Source of the DNA: an uncultured Acidobacteriota bacterium
Lineage (GTDB): Bacteria > Acidobacteriota > Terriglobia > UBA7540
Direction: 5' to 3'
DNA: 64,000 nt
Assembly (NCBI GenBank): GCA_963804995.1
Contig: CAWDSK010000003.1
Location: 384,001-448,000, forward strand
The notes under the pieces are model-generated. The model had not been told where the DNA came from. It made no database searches and worked only from the letters and a program-made list of their open reading frames with translations. Below are positions 1 through 12,801 of the stretch, one piece after another (the stretch's first letter is position 1; every line of letters starts with the position of its first letter). The position numbers were made by a program, and so were the translations under genes.

Positions 1-199
1 GCGTTCCGGTGCTCGACAGCGTGGCGGAAATTTTTTGCCCCACCAGCCCGGACTTCCCCATGCCCGCCACCACCACTCGTCCCTGGCAACTCATGAGGAT
101 CTCGACGGCGTGGACAAAGCGGTCGTCCAGGCGCGCCACCAGGTCGGAGAGCGCCCTTGCCTCGATTTCCAGCACCTTGCGGGCGATATTCAAGCTCAT
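1..199 (-). CDS. kdsD: Arabinose-5-phosphate isomerase KdsD/KpsF family, 5' part (runs off window)
   Basis: Not in ORF track; manual translation MSLNIARKVLEIEARALSDLVARLDDRF...GRVVVAGMGKSGLVGQKISATLSSTGT has the SIS-domain GMGKSG motif; kdsA nearby. Confidence 0.92.
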   Translation of the reverse strand, partial: MSLNIARKVLEIEARALSDLVARLDDRFVHAVEILMSCQGRVVVAGMGKSGLVGQKISATLSSTGT

Positions 200-346
200 G
201 GGAAACTCAGTTCGTGCGCAAAATAATAGCACAGCTAGCCCCAATACGGTTCGCGTAAGGGCGCAAGAGAATTGGTCCTCAATTCGTCACAGGGTGACCC
301 CTCATCCCCAACCCCTCGGTCGCCGCGGCGACCGAATGAGGAGTTT

Positions 347-480
347 CGTAGCGCGGTCCCCCGTTTCTGGGGTCCGCGGTTCTTCGGCAGATTCACGCAT
401 CTGATTCCGCGAGCAGATCTCTGTGGTTGAGTTTTGCAGCGGGAAGTGCCGCAGACCTCAACAGCGGAGGTCTGCGCTAC
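347..480. repeat. REPIN-like element (paired GTAGCGC...GCGCTAC hairpins)
   Basis: GTAGCGCGGTCCCCC..GGGGTCCGCGG ... CCGCAGACCTC..GAGGTCTGCGCTAC; related copies near 27687, 31295, 31589, 40690. Confidence 0.75.
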
Positions 481-645
481 CCTTACTTACCGCCGCAATT
501 CATCACTATGGGAATCAGCAACAACTCACCCCTGCCACTTCAGGGCATCGCAGACCCCAAACGACAGGGGTCTCGGCCAGCCAGTGGACGCGAGCGAGGC
601 CCGGATTGATGCGTTGGTAATATTGAGAACTCTGTGCAGGATGCG

Positions 646-2436
646 CTACCCCGCCGCACTTTCCTGGATAGTGCAAATCGTGACCCGGTTGCGGCCGGAG
701 CGTTTGGACTCATAAAGAGCCTTGTCGGACGCCTGGGTGATTTCTTCCAAGGTTTGGCCATGATCGGGGAAAACCGCAATTCCTATGCTCACGGTGAGCG
801 GGGGCAGCGGCTTTTCGGTATTGGAGGGCACTACCATGGTCATGACTGCCTTGCGGATGCGCTCAGCCACCAGCACACAGGATTTCACGCTGGTATCGGG
901 CAGGATGACAACGAATTCCTCACCGCCGTAACGGGCCGCCAGGTTGGTTTCACGCATGGAGCCGGTGACAGTCTTGGCAAAATGGCGCAGGATGCGGTCA
1001 CCAATCTCATGCCCGTAAACGTCGTTGAAGCTCTTGAAATGGTCGAGGTCCATCATGATCAGCCCCACGGGCTGGTCGCGGCGGCGGGCAATGGCAAACA
1101 GTTTGCGCGCGTAGTCTTCCAGAAAGCGGCGGTTATACAGCCCCGTGAGCACATCAATGTTGGCCTGCTGCTTCATGGTATCGAGCAGGCGGAGGTTGGA
1201 AAGCGCTGAAGCCGCGCCGCTCAAGTAGCTTTCCAGCAACCGCTCGCGCTCCGGCGTCCACAGATCCTTGGCGGCCTCCACGCGCACGGACCCGATGATG
1301 ATGCCGCCGGCAATCAGGGGCCCGCAATAATAGCTTCCCTCCCGGGGCAGCACGAATTGCGAAGGGCAGACCGGCTCAACCCTGAGGTCGTTGACGCGGA
1401 ACGGCCGCCCGGTGCGCACCGCCTTGCAATTGTGCGGCTCTTCAATCACCGGCCAGGCGGCGATTTCCTTGGGAAGGGGGACCAGGGTGGCAGTCGCCTC
1501 CAGGAAATTCTCCGAGGAATTCAACTTGAAGATCACCACTTGCCGGGGTTGGAAACGCTCTTTGAGCGAATGCAGGATCAAATCGTAGACTTCCCGCTCC
1601 GAGGTGCATTGGGTGACCGCCTCGGAAAACTGGTTCAGGGCTGCGATCTCTTCACGCTCGCGCCGTAGCGCGGAGGTCATGTTCGAGAAACTGCGGGACA
1701 AGACCCCGAATTCATTGTCGACCAGGGGGGGAAGAATGGGTGCAAAATCCCCGCGGCTCACCTGCTCAGAGGCCCGGATCAATTGCAGGACCGGAATCAC
1801 AATCAAGCGCGTCACCACACCGGTCAGGAAAATCAGGACAGCCGCCAGCAGCACCGCCAGGCTGACGCCAACCACCAGCATATGGCGGATAATTCTCTCC
1901 GCCCCCTGCACCTGCTCCAGATTCCTCAACTGATTCTCCTTCAGCAGACTCAACAACTGAAGGCGGATCGAGGACATTCGCACCTGACCGTCCCGAAAAA
2001 CGGCGGCGGGATCGACGGCTTGCCCCAGGCGGACTTTTTCAATGGCGGGCAGCGCCCACTCCTTGAGCATCCGGTCGAAATCCGCGCGAATCCGCGTGAT
2101 TTCCGCCAGTTGGTCGGGGTCATCCGCTTCCAGTTCGCGCAGCGCGATCAAATCTTCCTGGGCATCCGCGGTCGATTTATCGTAGGGCTCGAGCGAGTCT
2201 TTCTGGTGGGTGAAGACATATCCCCGCACCGCCATGGAGGCTTCCGTAGCGTGGCGCAGCATGGCCTCGCCTCGGGCGATGATTTCCTTCGAGCGCGCGG
2301 CCGATCGTTCCGTGTTGATGGCACTCCAGTAGGCGTAGAAAAAAAGTCCTACAGCGCAGAGCAAAACAAAGAGGGGCGGCAGGGTTACCAACAGGATCTG
2401 GTCACGGATTTTCAGGTTCCGGATCGTGAACGCCAT
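646..2436 (-). CDS. Membrane diguanylate cyclase (CHASE3-like sensor, HAMP, GAF, GGDEF)
   Basis: Two TM helices, HAMP-like segment, DVLTGLYNRR, DLDHFKSFND, YGGEEF. Confidence 0.9.
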   Translation of the reverse strand: MAFTIRNLKIRDQILLVTLPPLFVLLCAVGLFFYAYWSAINTERSAARSKEIIARGEAMLRHATEASMAVRGYVFTHQKDSLEPYDKSTADAQEDLIALRELEADDPDQLAEITRIRADFDRMLKEWALPAIEKVRLGQAVDPAAVFRDGQVRMSSIRLQLLSLLKENQLRNLEQVQGAERIIRHMLVVGVSLAVLLAAVLIFLTGVVTRLIVIPVLQLIRASEQVSRGDFAPILPPLVDNEFGVLSRSFSNMTSALRREREEIAALNQFSEAVTQCTSEREVYDLILHSLKERFQPRQVVIFKLNSSENFLEATATLVPLPKEIAAWPVIEEPHNCKAVRTGRPFRVNDLRVEPVCPSQFVLPREGSYYCGPLIAGGIIIGSVRVEAAKDLWTPERERLLESYLSGAASALSNLRLLDTMKQQANIDVLTGLYNRRFLEDYARKLFAIARRRDQPVGLIMMDLDHFKSFNDVYGHEIGDRILRHFAKTVTGSMRETNLAARYGGEEFVVILPDTSVKSCVLVAERIRKAVMTMVVPSNTEKPLPPLTVSIGIAVFPDHGQTLEEITQASDKALYESKRSGRNRVTICTIQESAAG

Positions 2437-2554
2437 AAACAACTAAAGAGAGGCTCGTAAAATCCGGCAGTGGATCCCGACCCCCAAAACATAGCGCGAT
2501 TTCAGGGGCTCGTCAATTAAGATAGCGGGGGGCAGCGTGTCGCTGGGCGCAAAG

Positions 2555-4045
2555 CTAATTGGCGGGAACGGCTCGCTCACGGGCCCAATCACGCAGAGCG
2601 TCGATTTTCTCCTTCAGGGTGACCGACAGGGGGTAGGTAGAGTGCAATTCTTGGAGGAGCATATCCGTGGTAAGTGAAGCTTTCTGGCCAAAAGCGGAGT
2701 AGAGAGCGGACTTCACGGCTTCCTCAATCTCCGCGCCGCTGAAACCGGCGCTCGCCTCTGCAAGCTGGGGGAGATTAAACTTCGCGGGGTCCTGCAGGTG
2801 CCTAGCCAAGTGAATCGAGAAGATTGTCTCGCGGTCTTCCGCCTCCGGCAGGTCCACAAAGAACAGCTCATCGAAGCGGCCCTTGCGCAGGAACTCGGGG
2901 GGAGGGATGAAATATCGTTGGAGGTCGCCACCATAAATACCGGCGACTTCTTTTCCTGCATCCAGGTCAGGAACGCGCCAAACAAGCGCATGGAGAGCCC
3001 GCCGTCCGCGTCGGAGCTGAGCGCGGCGCGAGGGAACATCTTCTCAATCTCGTCGATCCAGAGCACCGCCGGCGCCACCGCTTCCGCCACCTGGAGCGAT
3101 TTCCGCAGATTCTTTTCCGATTCGCCGATGTACTTCTCGAAGCAGGCGGCTGGTATCAAACTTGAGTAGCGACAGGTTCCACTCCCGCGCCACCGCCTTG
3201 GCACACAGGCTTTTTCCGCACCCTTGGACGCCGAAAATCAGGATGCCCTTGGGAGGGTCAAGCCCGAAGTTCTCCGCCTCCTGCGAAAATGCGGCCCGGC
3301 GCTTTTCCAGCCACGCCTTCAGATGCGCCAGTCCTCCCACCGACGCGAGACCCGCTTCCGGCTGAAGGAATTCAATGACCCCTTGCTCCTTGACCAGATT
3401 GCTCTTCGACTCCCGCACCAGGTCGATGGTGCCGAGATTAAGAGCGGACTTTTCCAGAATGGCCTGGGTGAGGATGCGCCGCGCCTCATCGAGCGTCAGA
3501 CCGCGCAGGCTGTGCACCAGCGCCGGCATCTGTTCAGGCCGCAGGTCATTCTTCAGGTGTTGTCTGCCCATCAATTCCCGCACCGTCGTGTTACACAATA
3601 CATTCAGTTCCGCCTCGCTGGGCAAACTCAAAGAGAAACGTGCCGTATCCTTTTCCAGCTCGATGGGAATGTTAACCACGGGCGAGGTGATGATGATGGC
3701 ACGCCGCTCACGGCGAAACTGCTGCGTGAGGTCGCGGAGTTTCCGCACGATTACATCCTGGTCCAGATACTTGTGAAAGTCCTTGAGGAGGAAAAGGCCC
3801 TCGCCGGCGAGGGTGGTGACGGTGGACAGGGCCTGGGCCGGCTCCTGTGTGTTGTAGATCGGCGCGCCGCCCGCCCGGCCGAGTCCCGTGGTCACTGCCC
3901 ACGCGTAAAAAGGGACCTGGAGGTCCTCCGCCACGTTCGCCAAAATCGCGGCGGCACGGGCTTCTTCCCAGGTCTCCACGTAGATAATCGGATAGGCAGA
4001 GTTCACCAGCAGAGCGAGTTCTCGGCGGGGATCCTGATCAGCCAT
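2555..4045 (-). pseudogene. Ycf46-like AAA+ ATPase split over three frames (probably intact; indel errors)
   Basis: GVQGCGKS Walker A, LWIDEIEK Walker B, ATSN, GFSGAEIE; frameshifts near 3142 and in the G-run near 2897-2902. Confidence 0.85.
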
Positions 4046-4230
4046 AAAAGTCGTAAGGGGGACGCCACGAATCCTACCGGGTGTCCCCATGCAATTCAAG
4101 TCGAAATGAAATCCCTGGCACGGCCAGCGGGTAGCACGATCATTGTAATCGCCACCCTCTTCCGCCAGCCAGGTTGAGAGACTTCCCCACTTGCCGCGGC
4201 CCCTGGCTCAGGCCTGCGCAGTTTATGGAT

Positions 4231-5055
4231 TTAAAGTTTGCGTACGAATTTTCCCAGGTCCCGCAGCCGCCTGACCAAGGGCGGGAAGCGCCGGAGGTCA
4301 AGGGCGTTCGCCCCGTCAGAAAGCGCCTGTGCGGGGCGGTCGTGAACTTCCATAAAAATCACGTCAACACCCGCCGCCACGCCCGCGCGCGCCAGGATCT
4401 CAATGAACTGCGGCTGTCCACCGCTGCGCTTGCCCTCACCGCCAGGGAGCTGCAGCGAGTGGGTGACGTCGAGGATGACAGGAACGCCAAACTCCTTCAT
4501 CACCGCCAGCCCTCGCATATCCACAACCAGGTTGTTGTACCCAAAGCTCGCGCCGCGTTCCGTCACCAGGATGCGGTCATTCCCGGTGCTTCGGATTTTC
4601 TCAACGGCGTGGCGGATATCCCAGGGCGAAAGGAATTGACCCTTCTTGAGATTCACCACCGCGCCGGAGCGGCCGACTTCGATCAGCAGGTCGGTCTGGC
4701 GGCAAAGGAAGGCGGGAATCTGGAGGATTTCGCAGACCTCCGCCGCAGGCCCCACCTGACTCGCTTCGTGCACATCGGTCAGTACGGGAACACTGAACTC
4801 CTTCTTGATTCGCGCCAGGATCTTCAGCCCACGCACGAGGCCAGGCCCGCGGTAGGAATCGAGTGAAGTCCGATTGGCCTTGTCGAATGAAGCTTTGAAG
4901 ATGTAAGGGACGCGCAGTTTGCGCGCCGCCTCGGCCAGGCGCCCCGCCATTTTTAGCGCGTGACGTTCACTCTCGATAACGCAGGGACCGGCGATCACCG
5001 CCAGCGGCTGGCCGGCTCCGAGCGCCAGTTTGCCAATTCGCACCACACGGCTCAT
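4231..5055 (-). CDS. kdsA: KDO 8-phosphate synthase
   Basis: IAGPCVIES, FKASFDKANRTS, QIPAFLCRQTDL, KKGQFLSP, ALSDG. Confidence 0.97.
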   Translation of the reverse strand: MSRVVRIGKLALGAGQPLAVIAGPCVIESERHALKMAGRLAEAARKLRVPYIFKASFDKANRTSLDSYRGPGLVRGLKILARIKKEFSVPVLTDVHEASQVGPAAEVCEILQIPAFLCRQTDLLIEVGRSGAVVNLKKGQFLSPWDIRHAVEKIRSTGNDRILVTERGASFGYNNLVVDMRGLAVMKEFGVPVILDVTHSLQLPGGEGKRSGGQPQFIEILARAGVAAGVDVIFMEVHDRPAQALSDGANALDLRRFPPLVRRLRDLGKFVRKL

Positions 5056-5083
5056 GGGCTTATCTTCAGAGAATGGAAATTAT

Positions 5084-5133
5084 GGAGGGGGAATCGAACT
5101 ACGCTCGAAAGCCGCCGGTAGCTTCCCCCCTCC
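5084..5133. terminator. GC-rich hairpin between TonB-domain gene and kdsA
   Basis: GGAGGGGGAA...TTCCCCCCTCC inverted repeat. Confidence 0.4.
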
Positions 5134-5196
5134 GTACGCTTGCCCGGCTGTCAAGGCGCGAGCACCCCGGCGTAAATAATCTTTCCACCCGCAGGA

Positions 5197-6036
5197 TTAT
5201 CTTTTCTCCGCTTTGAAGTCAATCGACATGGCCATCCGGACTGCCACGGGCTTCCCGTCCTGGCTCGCCGGTGTGAACGTCCAACCCTTTACGGCTTCAA
5301 TAGTAGCTTCCTCCAGGCCGTACTGCAAAAGGTGGGTAAAACCGACAACTGCCCCTTTACCCTGTTCATCCACGTATACCACAAAGGTTTCCTTACCAGC
5401 TTGCCCTACCATTGCAGCTTCTTTCGGTTCCTGGGGCGTGGAATTTGAAGTCGCCTTGGGCGGCGTGCCCTTAAAGCCCTTGTCCAAGCCGGAATCGGCA
5501 TCCAGATCCGCAGGAACCTTTTGGATGAAAGCGACAATAGACTGCGGAGCTACCGCCAGCGAAGACTCTTGAGCTCCCAGGCACAGTTTCCCGAGGCGCT
5601 CAACAATCTGGGCCGCGGCCACATTTTCCTGGCTCGTCCGGAATATGATGTCCGTATTCTGGGGATAATCGGAGGAGTTCCCTTTCAGGGCGGCGGAGGC
5701 AGGAAAGAAGTGGAGTTGTCCGTCGTCTTTGATGTTAGCCCAGAGCTTGACGCACTTGAAGGTCACGTGATCCTTGCGAAATTCGATGTCCTTCACCAGG
5801 GCGTTGCCGTCCACGGACCAGAAGCCGGGCTGCGCATTGCCTTTCACCGTGCCATCTTCCTGAACGTCATATTGGCTTACCAGGCGCGCACATTTGCGAA
5901 ACGTTAGTACCTTGCCCACAAATTGGGAGTGCAATGATTGCTGGTCCGCCGCGGAAACCGCGGCCCGCACCACCGCCGCGCCGGACACCAGCAGGCAGGT
6001 GGCAAATGTCAGAAAAAACAGAATTGATTTCTTCAT
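5197..6036 (-). CDS. Secreted protein with C-terminal TonB domain
   Basis: Signal peptide MKKSILFFLTFATCLLV; C-terminal GLEEATIEAVKGWTFTPASQDGKPV. Confidence 0.75.
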   Translation of the reverse strand: MKKSILFFLTFATCLLVSGAAVVRAAVSAADQQSLHSQFVGKVLTFRKCARLVSQYDVQEDGTVKGNAQPGFWSVDGNALVKDIEFRKDHVTFKCVKLWANIKDDGQLHFFPASAALKGNSSDYPQNTDIIFRTSQENVAAAQIVERLGKLCLGAQESSLAVAPQSIVAFIQKVPADLDADSGLDKGFKGTPPKATSNSTPQEPKEAAMVGQAGKETFVVYVDEQGKGAVVGFTHLLQYGLEEATIEAVKGWTFTPASQDGKPVAVRMAMSIDFKAEKR

Positions 6037-6219
6037 TCGATTCTCCTTCAGGTTCGGTATATGAGGTCTCCGGGACTTGCAACAGTCCCGGTTGTCGTTC
6101 CCGACCGGTGGTTTGAAGCCGGGCGGCATTCCCTTCCGGCCGTTAGCGAAACCGAACAGAGGGGGTAAGTGGGGCCGGGCAGTTGGTAGGACGGCAGCAA
6201 AAAGCCCGGCGAGGATAGT

Positions 6220-7947
<1,728 letters not shown>

Positions 7948-8395
7948 TTAGTTTTTGCGGATTGGTGGTTCGGTAGCAAGGTATGCTTTGCGGCTCTCGT
8001 CATCAACAGCCCAAGGCCGCTGGTTAAAGACTTTACTTGTACCGAAAGTGTGGTTTTACGGAAGGTTCGGTACGGGCAATTATCCGTCGCCTACCCCGCC
8101 TTGTCAATGGCAAATTCCCTTCTCGATATTGTCCAAATCAAGGAGGGAATCGCCCGGAACATCTTCACGCTTCGTGGCAAGCCGAAAGCTCTTGAAATCC
8201 GTGCTCAGGCCCATCTACCGGTAGTCCATCATAGGTTTGTCATTTTTTTGCAAAAACGCATATTCCCTGCCTGCACGTCTCAACAACCGCTGGGAAATTG
8301 TGTTAGAATATTTTGAGCGATAACTATCGGCACGAAAAGTTAGGCTCGCGCACACGTATAACGCGACTCTGACCTTTATCGAGAGGGCCGCTCCC

Positions 8396-9415
8396 GTGAC
8401 TCCTGCTTCACGACGCGGGTTTTCTCACTTCGAGGTGGTGGCGATTGCCCTGACGGGCCTCGTGGCTACATTGGCGTGGTGTGCTCCGCGCGACGAGAAG
8501 AATGCCGCGCCCCCGCCGCCCGATGCTCAGTCAGGCGCCCGTGTCACGGTCCGAACGCCCCCTGTCCATGTGGCGCCCCTGCTGGTCGACGTCAACATGG
8601 TGGTGGTCAACGTCACGGTCACTGATCCCTATGACCGCATCGTGACCGGCCTTGACCAAGACAACTTCCAGGTGTACGACGAAAAGGTGGAACAGAAGAT
8701 CGAATCGTTTTCCACGGAGGATGCGCCCATCTCTGTGGGCTTGATCTTTGACAGCAGCGGCTCGATGGGGGACAAGATTCAGAAATCCAAAGAGGCAGCC
8801 CTGCAGTTCTTTAAGACATCTAACCCCCAAGATGAGTTTATGCTCATCAGCTTCGCAGACCGGCCGGACCTGATCACGGGATTCACTTCTAAGTATGAAA
8901 ACTTGCAGGATCGGCTGCTGTTCGTTAAATCAGGGGGGAAGACGGCGCTCCTGGATGCAATTTACCTGGGCTTGAGTGAAATGAAGAAGGCAACTACCAA
9001 CCGACGGGCGCTCCTGGTCATCTCCGACGGTGGCGACAACCACAGCCGCTATACGGAGGCTGATATCAAGCGTGCGGTGAAGGAATCCGATGTGCAGATT
9101 TACGCGGTCGGAATCTTCGAACCCATTTCCTCCCGGGCTCGCACACCCGAGGAAGCCGGCGGCCCCGGATTGCTCGCTGAACTCGCGGAAGTCTCGGGGG
9201 GCCGCATGTTTAGCGTCGAAGACGCTAATGAGTTACCTGATATCGCGGAAAAGATCTCCATTGAGCTGCGCAATCAGTATGTGCTGGGCTACAAACCCTC
9301 GAACCTGATTCGCGACGGCCACTGGAGGCGCATTAAGGTGAAGCTGAATCCGCCCAAGGGATTGCCCCCTCTCCAGGTTTACGCCCGAACTGGCTACTAT
9401 GCACCGACGCAATAA
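8396..9415 (+). CDS. VWA domain protein, acidobacterial VWFA type
   Basis: MIDAS DSSGSM, TALLDAI, ISDGGDN, ELRNQYVLGY, RTGYYAP. Confidence 0.88.
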   Translation: MTPASRRGFSHFEVVAIALTGLVATLAWCAPRDEKNAAPPPPDAQSGARVTVRTPPVHVAPLLVDVNMVVVNVTVTDPYDRIVTGLDQDNFQVYDEKVEQKIESFSTEDAPISVGLIFDSSGSMGDKIQKSKEAALQFFKTSNPQDEFMLISFADRPDLITGFTSKYENLQDRLLFVKSGGKTALLDAIYLGLSEMKKATTNRRALLVISDGGDNHSRYTEADIKRAVKESDVQIYAVGIFEPISSRARTPEEAGGPGLLAELAEVSGGRMFSVEDANELPDIAEKISIELRNQYVLGYKPSNLIRDGHWRRIKVKLNPPKGLPPLQVYARTGYYAPTQ

Positions 9416-10439
9416 CCCGTACGACAGAACCTCCCTCCTCTGGGGGGGATTCCTGGCTGTATTGCTTTTCTTGCCGCTCGCCGCGGGGGCTCAGACTCCC
9501 CAGCCCGCCACCCCGTCCACGCCGCAGGTTGAAAAAAAGGGCAGGGATTACATCATCAACGTGAACGTCAACGAAGTCGTCGTGCATGCGACCGTGGTCG
9601 ACAAAAAAGGGCACATTGTCAACGAGCTCAAGCAGGACGACTTTCATATCTTTGAGGACGGGATCCAGCAGCAACTTGCGGTTTTCAGCCACGCCGATAT
9701 CCCCGTCACCATGGGAATCGTCATCGACGATAGCGGCAGTATGCGCGAAAAACGCCAGTCGGTGAACGCCTCCGCCCTCACCTTTGTCAAAACCTCCAAT
9801 CCCCAGGACCAGGTCTTCGTGGTCAATTTTAACGACGTTTATTACCTCGATACACCGGGAGACTTTGCCAGTACGATTGAGGATTTAAGGTCCGCCCTGG
9901 ACAAGATCGACTCCCGCGGGGGCACTGCGCTTTATGACGCTGTCGACGCCTCCCTCGACCACCTGAAGCTCGGTAATCGGGACAAGAAGGTTCTGCTGGT
10001 CATTACCGATGGCGAGGATAACGCCAGCCGCTACACTTTCGAGGAGCTGATCACCAAGGCGCAGAAATCCAACGCCGTCATCTATACCATCGGTCTGCTG
10101 GGCTCCGAAGAACCGGGCGGCCTCTTCAAAGTCCGGGGAGGCGAGGCCCATCGCGCCGCTAAAGTGCTGGATAAGCTTGCCGACGCAACCGGCGGCCAAT
10201 CCTACTTCCCCAAATCCCTGGACGAGGTTGAGAGTACCTGCCAGCAGATCGCCCGGGACATCCGCAATCAGTACACGCTCGTCTATCGCCCCACCAACAC
10301 TCGCCTGGACGGGACGTTCCGCAATATCCGCGTGGACGCCTACATGCCCCGCAGCAAGGTTAAACTGGTGGTCCGCACCCGCCCGGGTTACTTCGCGCCC
10401 AAGACCGCCAGTCCCCCGGCTGCCGCAGCCTTTCAGTAG
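9399..10439 (+). CDS. VWA domain protein, acidobacterial VWFA type (paralog)
   Basis: DDSGSM, GTALYDAV, ITDGEDNAS, IRNQYTL, RPGYFAP; signal peptide. Confidence 0.88.
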   Translation: MHRRNNPYDRTSLLWGGFLAVLLFLPLAAGAQTPQPATPSTPQVEKKGRDYIINVNVNEVVVHATVVDKKGHIVNELKQDDFHIFEDGIQQQLAVFSHADIPVTMGIVIDDSGSMREKRQSVNASALTFVKTSNPQDQVFVVNFNDVYYLDTPGDFASTIEDLRSALDKIDSRGGTALYDAVDASLDHLKLGNRDKKVLLVITDGEDNASRYTFEELITKAQKSNAVIYTIGLLGSEEPGGLFKVRGGEAHRAAKVLDKLADATGGQSYFPKSLDEVESTCQQIARDIRNQYTLVYRPTNTRLDGTFRNIRVDAYMPRSKVKLVVRTRPGYFAPKTASPPAAAAFQ

Positions 10440-10600
10440 CCCGCCCCCAGGGGGACCGCAACCGCGAGCGGAGGCTTTTTACTTTTGCCTTTTGACTTTT
10501 GCCTTTTGCCTTTTGGTTTTCTTTTGCGGCTCGGCACGCTACCCGCTATTGACTTGCCCTGCCTACCCTGCGCCCCCGGCCGCCCGCGCGGATAACGTTC

Positions 10601-11425
10601 CTAGCCTCGCGGCGGGCTGAGGGGCCATGAGTCACTGTGGTACCCCAATCGGTAGGAAATTTTCTGACTGGTTTCACGCACCATTTGCGCAAGCTCAGGG
10701 ATTCTTGCCGGGGTTAAGCGCGTGGTGGGTCCCACCACACTGATCGCCGCCACGATTTGTCCCGCGTGATTGAGCACCGGCCCCGCCACACAGCGCAGGC
10801 CCTCGACGGCTTCCTCCTGGTCCAACGCGTATCCCTGTTCGCGGATACGTTCCAACTCCCGCCGCAACTGTGGCAACGAGGTAATGGTATGAGCCGTCAG
10901 GCGGGTCAATCCGGGCATTTGGGCAACGCGGGTCAAGAGTTCCTCGCCCTGATAGGCTAACAACGTCTTTCCCACGCCCGAACAGTGCAAGGGCATCACC
11001 CCGCCCAACCGTGCATCCAACCCCACAAGCTGGGGGCTGCTGAACCTCTCAATGGAAACCGCCCGATCCTCCTGGAGAATCGCCAGGTGCACCGTTTCCT
11101 TCGTGCGCAGGTTGAGGTCGCTCAACAGAGGCTGCGCCGCCCGGCGGAAATCCAGGCGATCGAGAACCCGCAGGCCCATGCGCAGCATGCGGTAGCTGAG
11201 CTGGTACCCTCCTGAAATGTGATCCTCTTCCACAAAGCCGTGCCGCACCAGGTTGACCAGCAGCCGGTGCACGGTGCTGACGTGCAGGTGCAGCCGCCGG
11301 CTGAGCTGCGTGAGCGTGTAGGGAGGCTCCTCCTCTGCCAACACCTCCAAAATATTGAGGGCCTTGACCAGGGACTTCACTGTGTAGGCGGGAGTGGACG
11401 CAGGGCTTGTTTTCGATGTTTTCAT
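10601..11425 (-). CDS. IclR family transcriptional regulator
   Basis: N-terminal HTH (VKSLVKALNIL, STVHRLL), PLHCSGVGK, IREQGYALDQEE. Confidence 0.93.
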   Translation of the reverse strand: MKTSKTSPASTPAYTVKSLVKALNILEVLAEEEPPYTLTQLSRRLHLHVSTVHRLLVNLVRHGFVEEDHISGGYQLSYRMLRMGLRVLDRLDFRRAAQPLLSDLNLRTKETVHLAILQEDRAVSIERFSSPQLVGLDARLGGVMPLHCSGVGKTLLAYQGEELLTRVAQMPGLTRLTAHTITSLPQLRRELERIREQGYALDQEEAVEGLRCVAGPVLNHAGQIVAAISVVGPTTRLTPARIPELAQMVRETSQKISYRLGYHSDSWPLSPPRG

Positions 11426-11687
11426 AGCGTGAGAATTATTGCGAAATTGGGAACAGTGTCAAGCCACAATTCGCTCCCGGCTTCTATTCCTGGTGAGAAT
11501 CCCGTCCCCGTGCTGATTCCACGCCGGCTGGGGGACAGAATCGCCCGACGCAACTATTTGACGAATCAGCCTCATCCACCTCAAGTTCCCTACCAATTCT
11601 GCCGAAGATGAAAGTGTTAGGCACGGGATCCTGGCTGGCCGCCTGACCGCCAGGACGGATTTGGGTGTGTAAAAAGCGAGGCATGCA

Positions 11688-12728
11688 ATGTTGAGCGGTC
11701 AAGCGGTTGAGCACGAACCCAAAGAATGGGTTACCTTGCGGCCCACGGCGAGAAGCTCCTGGCTTGAGCACGTGGCGCGGCGTTGGGTTTCGAATGTCGT
11801 AGGCCAGCCCCAGGCCACGGACACTATCCTTCGACTCCTGCAGCGGATTGAAGTTCAGGCCCGGCAACCGCGCCGGACTATGGGCTCCATGCTCCTGCTG
11901 GGGCCGCCGGGCTGTGGAAAGACCCATTCCGTGGAAGCGCTGGCGGAAGTGTTGCTCGGCAGCCCCACAGCTTTGCTCAAGATCAATTGCGCCGAGTATC
12001 AGCAGCAACACGAAACTGCCCGGTTGGTGGGCGCCCCGCCCGGATACATCGGGCACGCCGACACGGAGCCCGTGTTCACCCGCGAAAACATTGAGCGCCA
12101 CCGCACTCCGGAATTCCCTTATTCCCTGATTCTGTTCGACGAGATTGAGAAGGCCCACCACTCGCTCTATTCCCTGCTCCTGGGTGTTCTGGACCGCGCC
12201 GAACTGAACGACGGCCGCAACCGGCACGTGGATTTCTCCTCCTGTCTCTTCTTCTTCACCAGCAACATCGGCTCCCGGGAGAGCCTGCGCGCCACTGCCC
12301 CCTCCGGTTTTGTTCCTTCTCTCGAAGAGGAAGACGCCAAGGCTCGCCACTTCAGCAATGTTTCCATTCGCGCGCTCAAACGCCACTTTCCTCCGGAATT
12401 TCTGCGCCGCATCGAGGAGACCGTCGTCTATCATCCCCTCCGCCCCGCTGACCTCAAGAAAATCCTGGATCTTGAGATCTCTAAAGTCGGCAAAACTTTC
12501 AGCCACCACCCGTCCACACCCTTTCAGATCGAGCTCACCACCGGGGCGAAGTCGCTGCTGCTGAACCACGGCTGCGATACTGAGTACGGGGCCGCCCACC
12601 TCCAACGTACCCTGGCCTGTGAACTTCAAGATCCCCTCTTTCGCTTGATGGCCACGGGGCAAGTGCACGCCGGTGAGCACGTGGGCGTTTTCGCCAAAGG
12701 GTCAGAACTCGTATTCCGCAAAGGCTAG
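11688..12728 (+). CDS. Stand-alone ClpA/ClpB D2-type AAA+ ATPase
   Basis: LLGPPGCGKT, LVGAPPGYIG pore loop, ILFDEIEKAH, FFTSNIG, FPPEFLRRI; no D1 or N domain. Confidence 0.85.
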   Translation: MLSGQAVEHEPKEWVTLRPTARSSWLEHVARRWVSNVVGQPQATDTILRLLQRIEVQARQPRRTMGSMLLLGPPGCGKTHSVEALAEVLLGSPTALLKINCAEYQQQHETARLVGAPPGYIGHADTEPVFTRENIERHRTPEFPYSLILFDEIEKAHHSLYSLLLGVLDRAELNDGRNRHVDFSSCLFFFTSNIGSRESLRATAPSGFVPSLEEEDAKARHFSNVSIRALKRHFPPEFLRRIEETVVYHPLRPADLKKILDLEISKVGKTFSHHPSTPFQIELTTGAKSLLLNHGCDTEYGAAHLQRTLACELQDPLFRLMATGQVHAGEHVGVFAKGSELVFRKG

Positions 12729-12801
12729 GAAAAAACCGTCGCCATTATCAGCAAAGCCTGATAATCTCCCCCTCCACAGACTAGCTTTGGAGGGCTTGTT
12801 C

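Noticed and set aside
2555..4099. Programmed frameshifting or true pseudogenisation of the AAA ATPase
   Set aside because: Similar single indels occur in five unrelated genes; assembly error is simpler
5080..5140. tRNA-like sequence (GGAATCGAAC)
   Set aside because: Only one hairpin; no cloverleaf arms or CCA end
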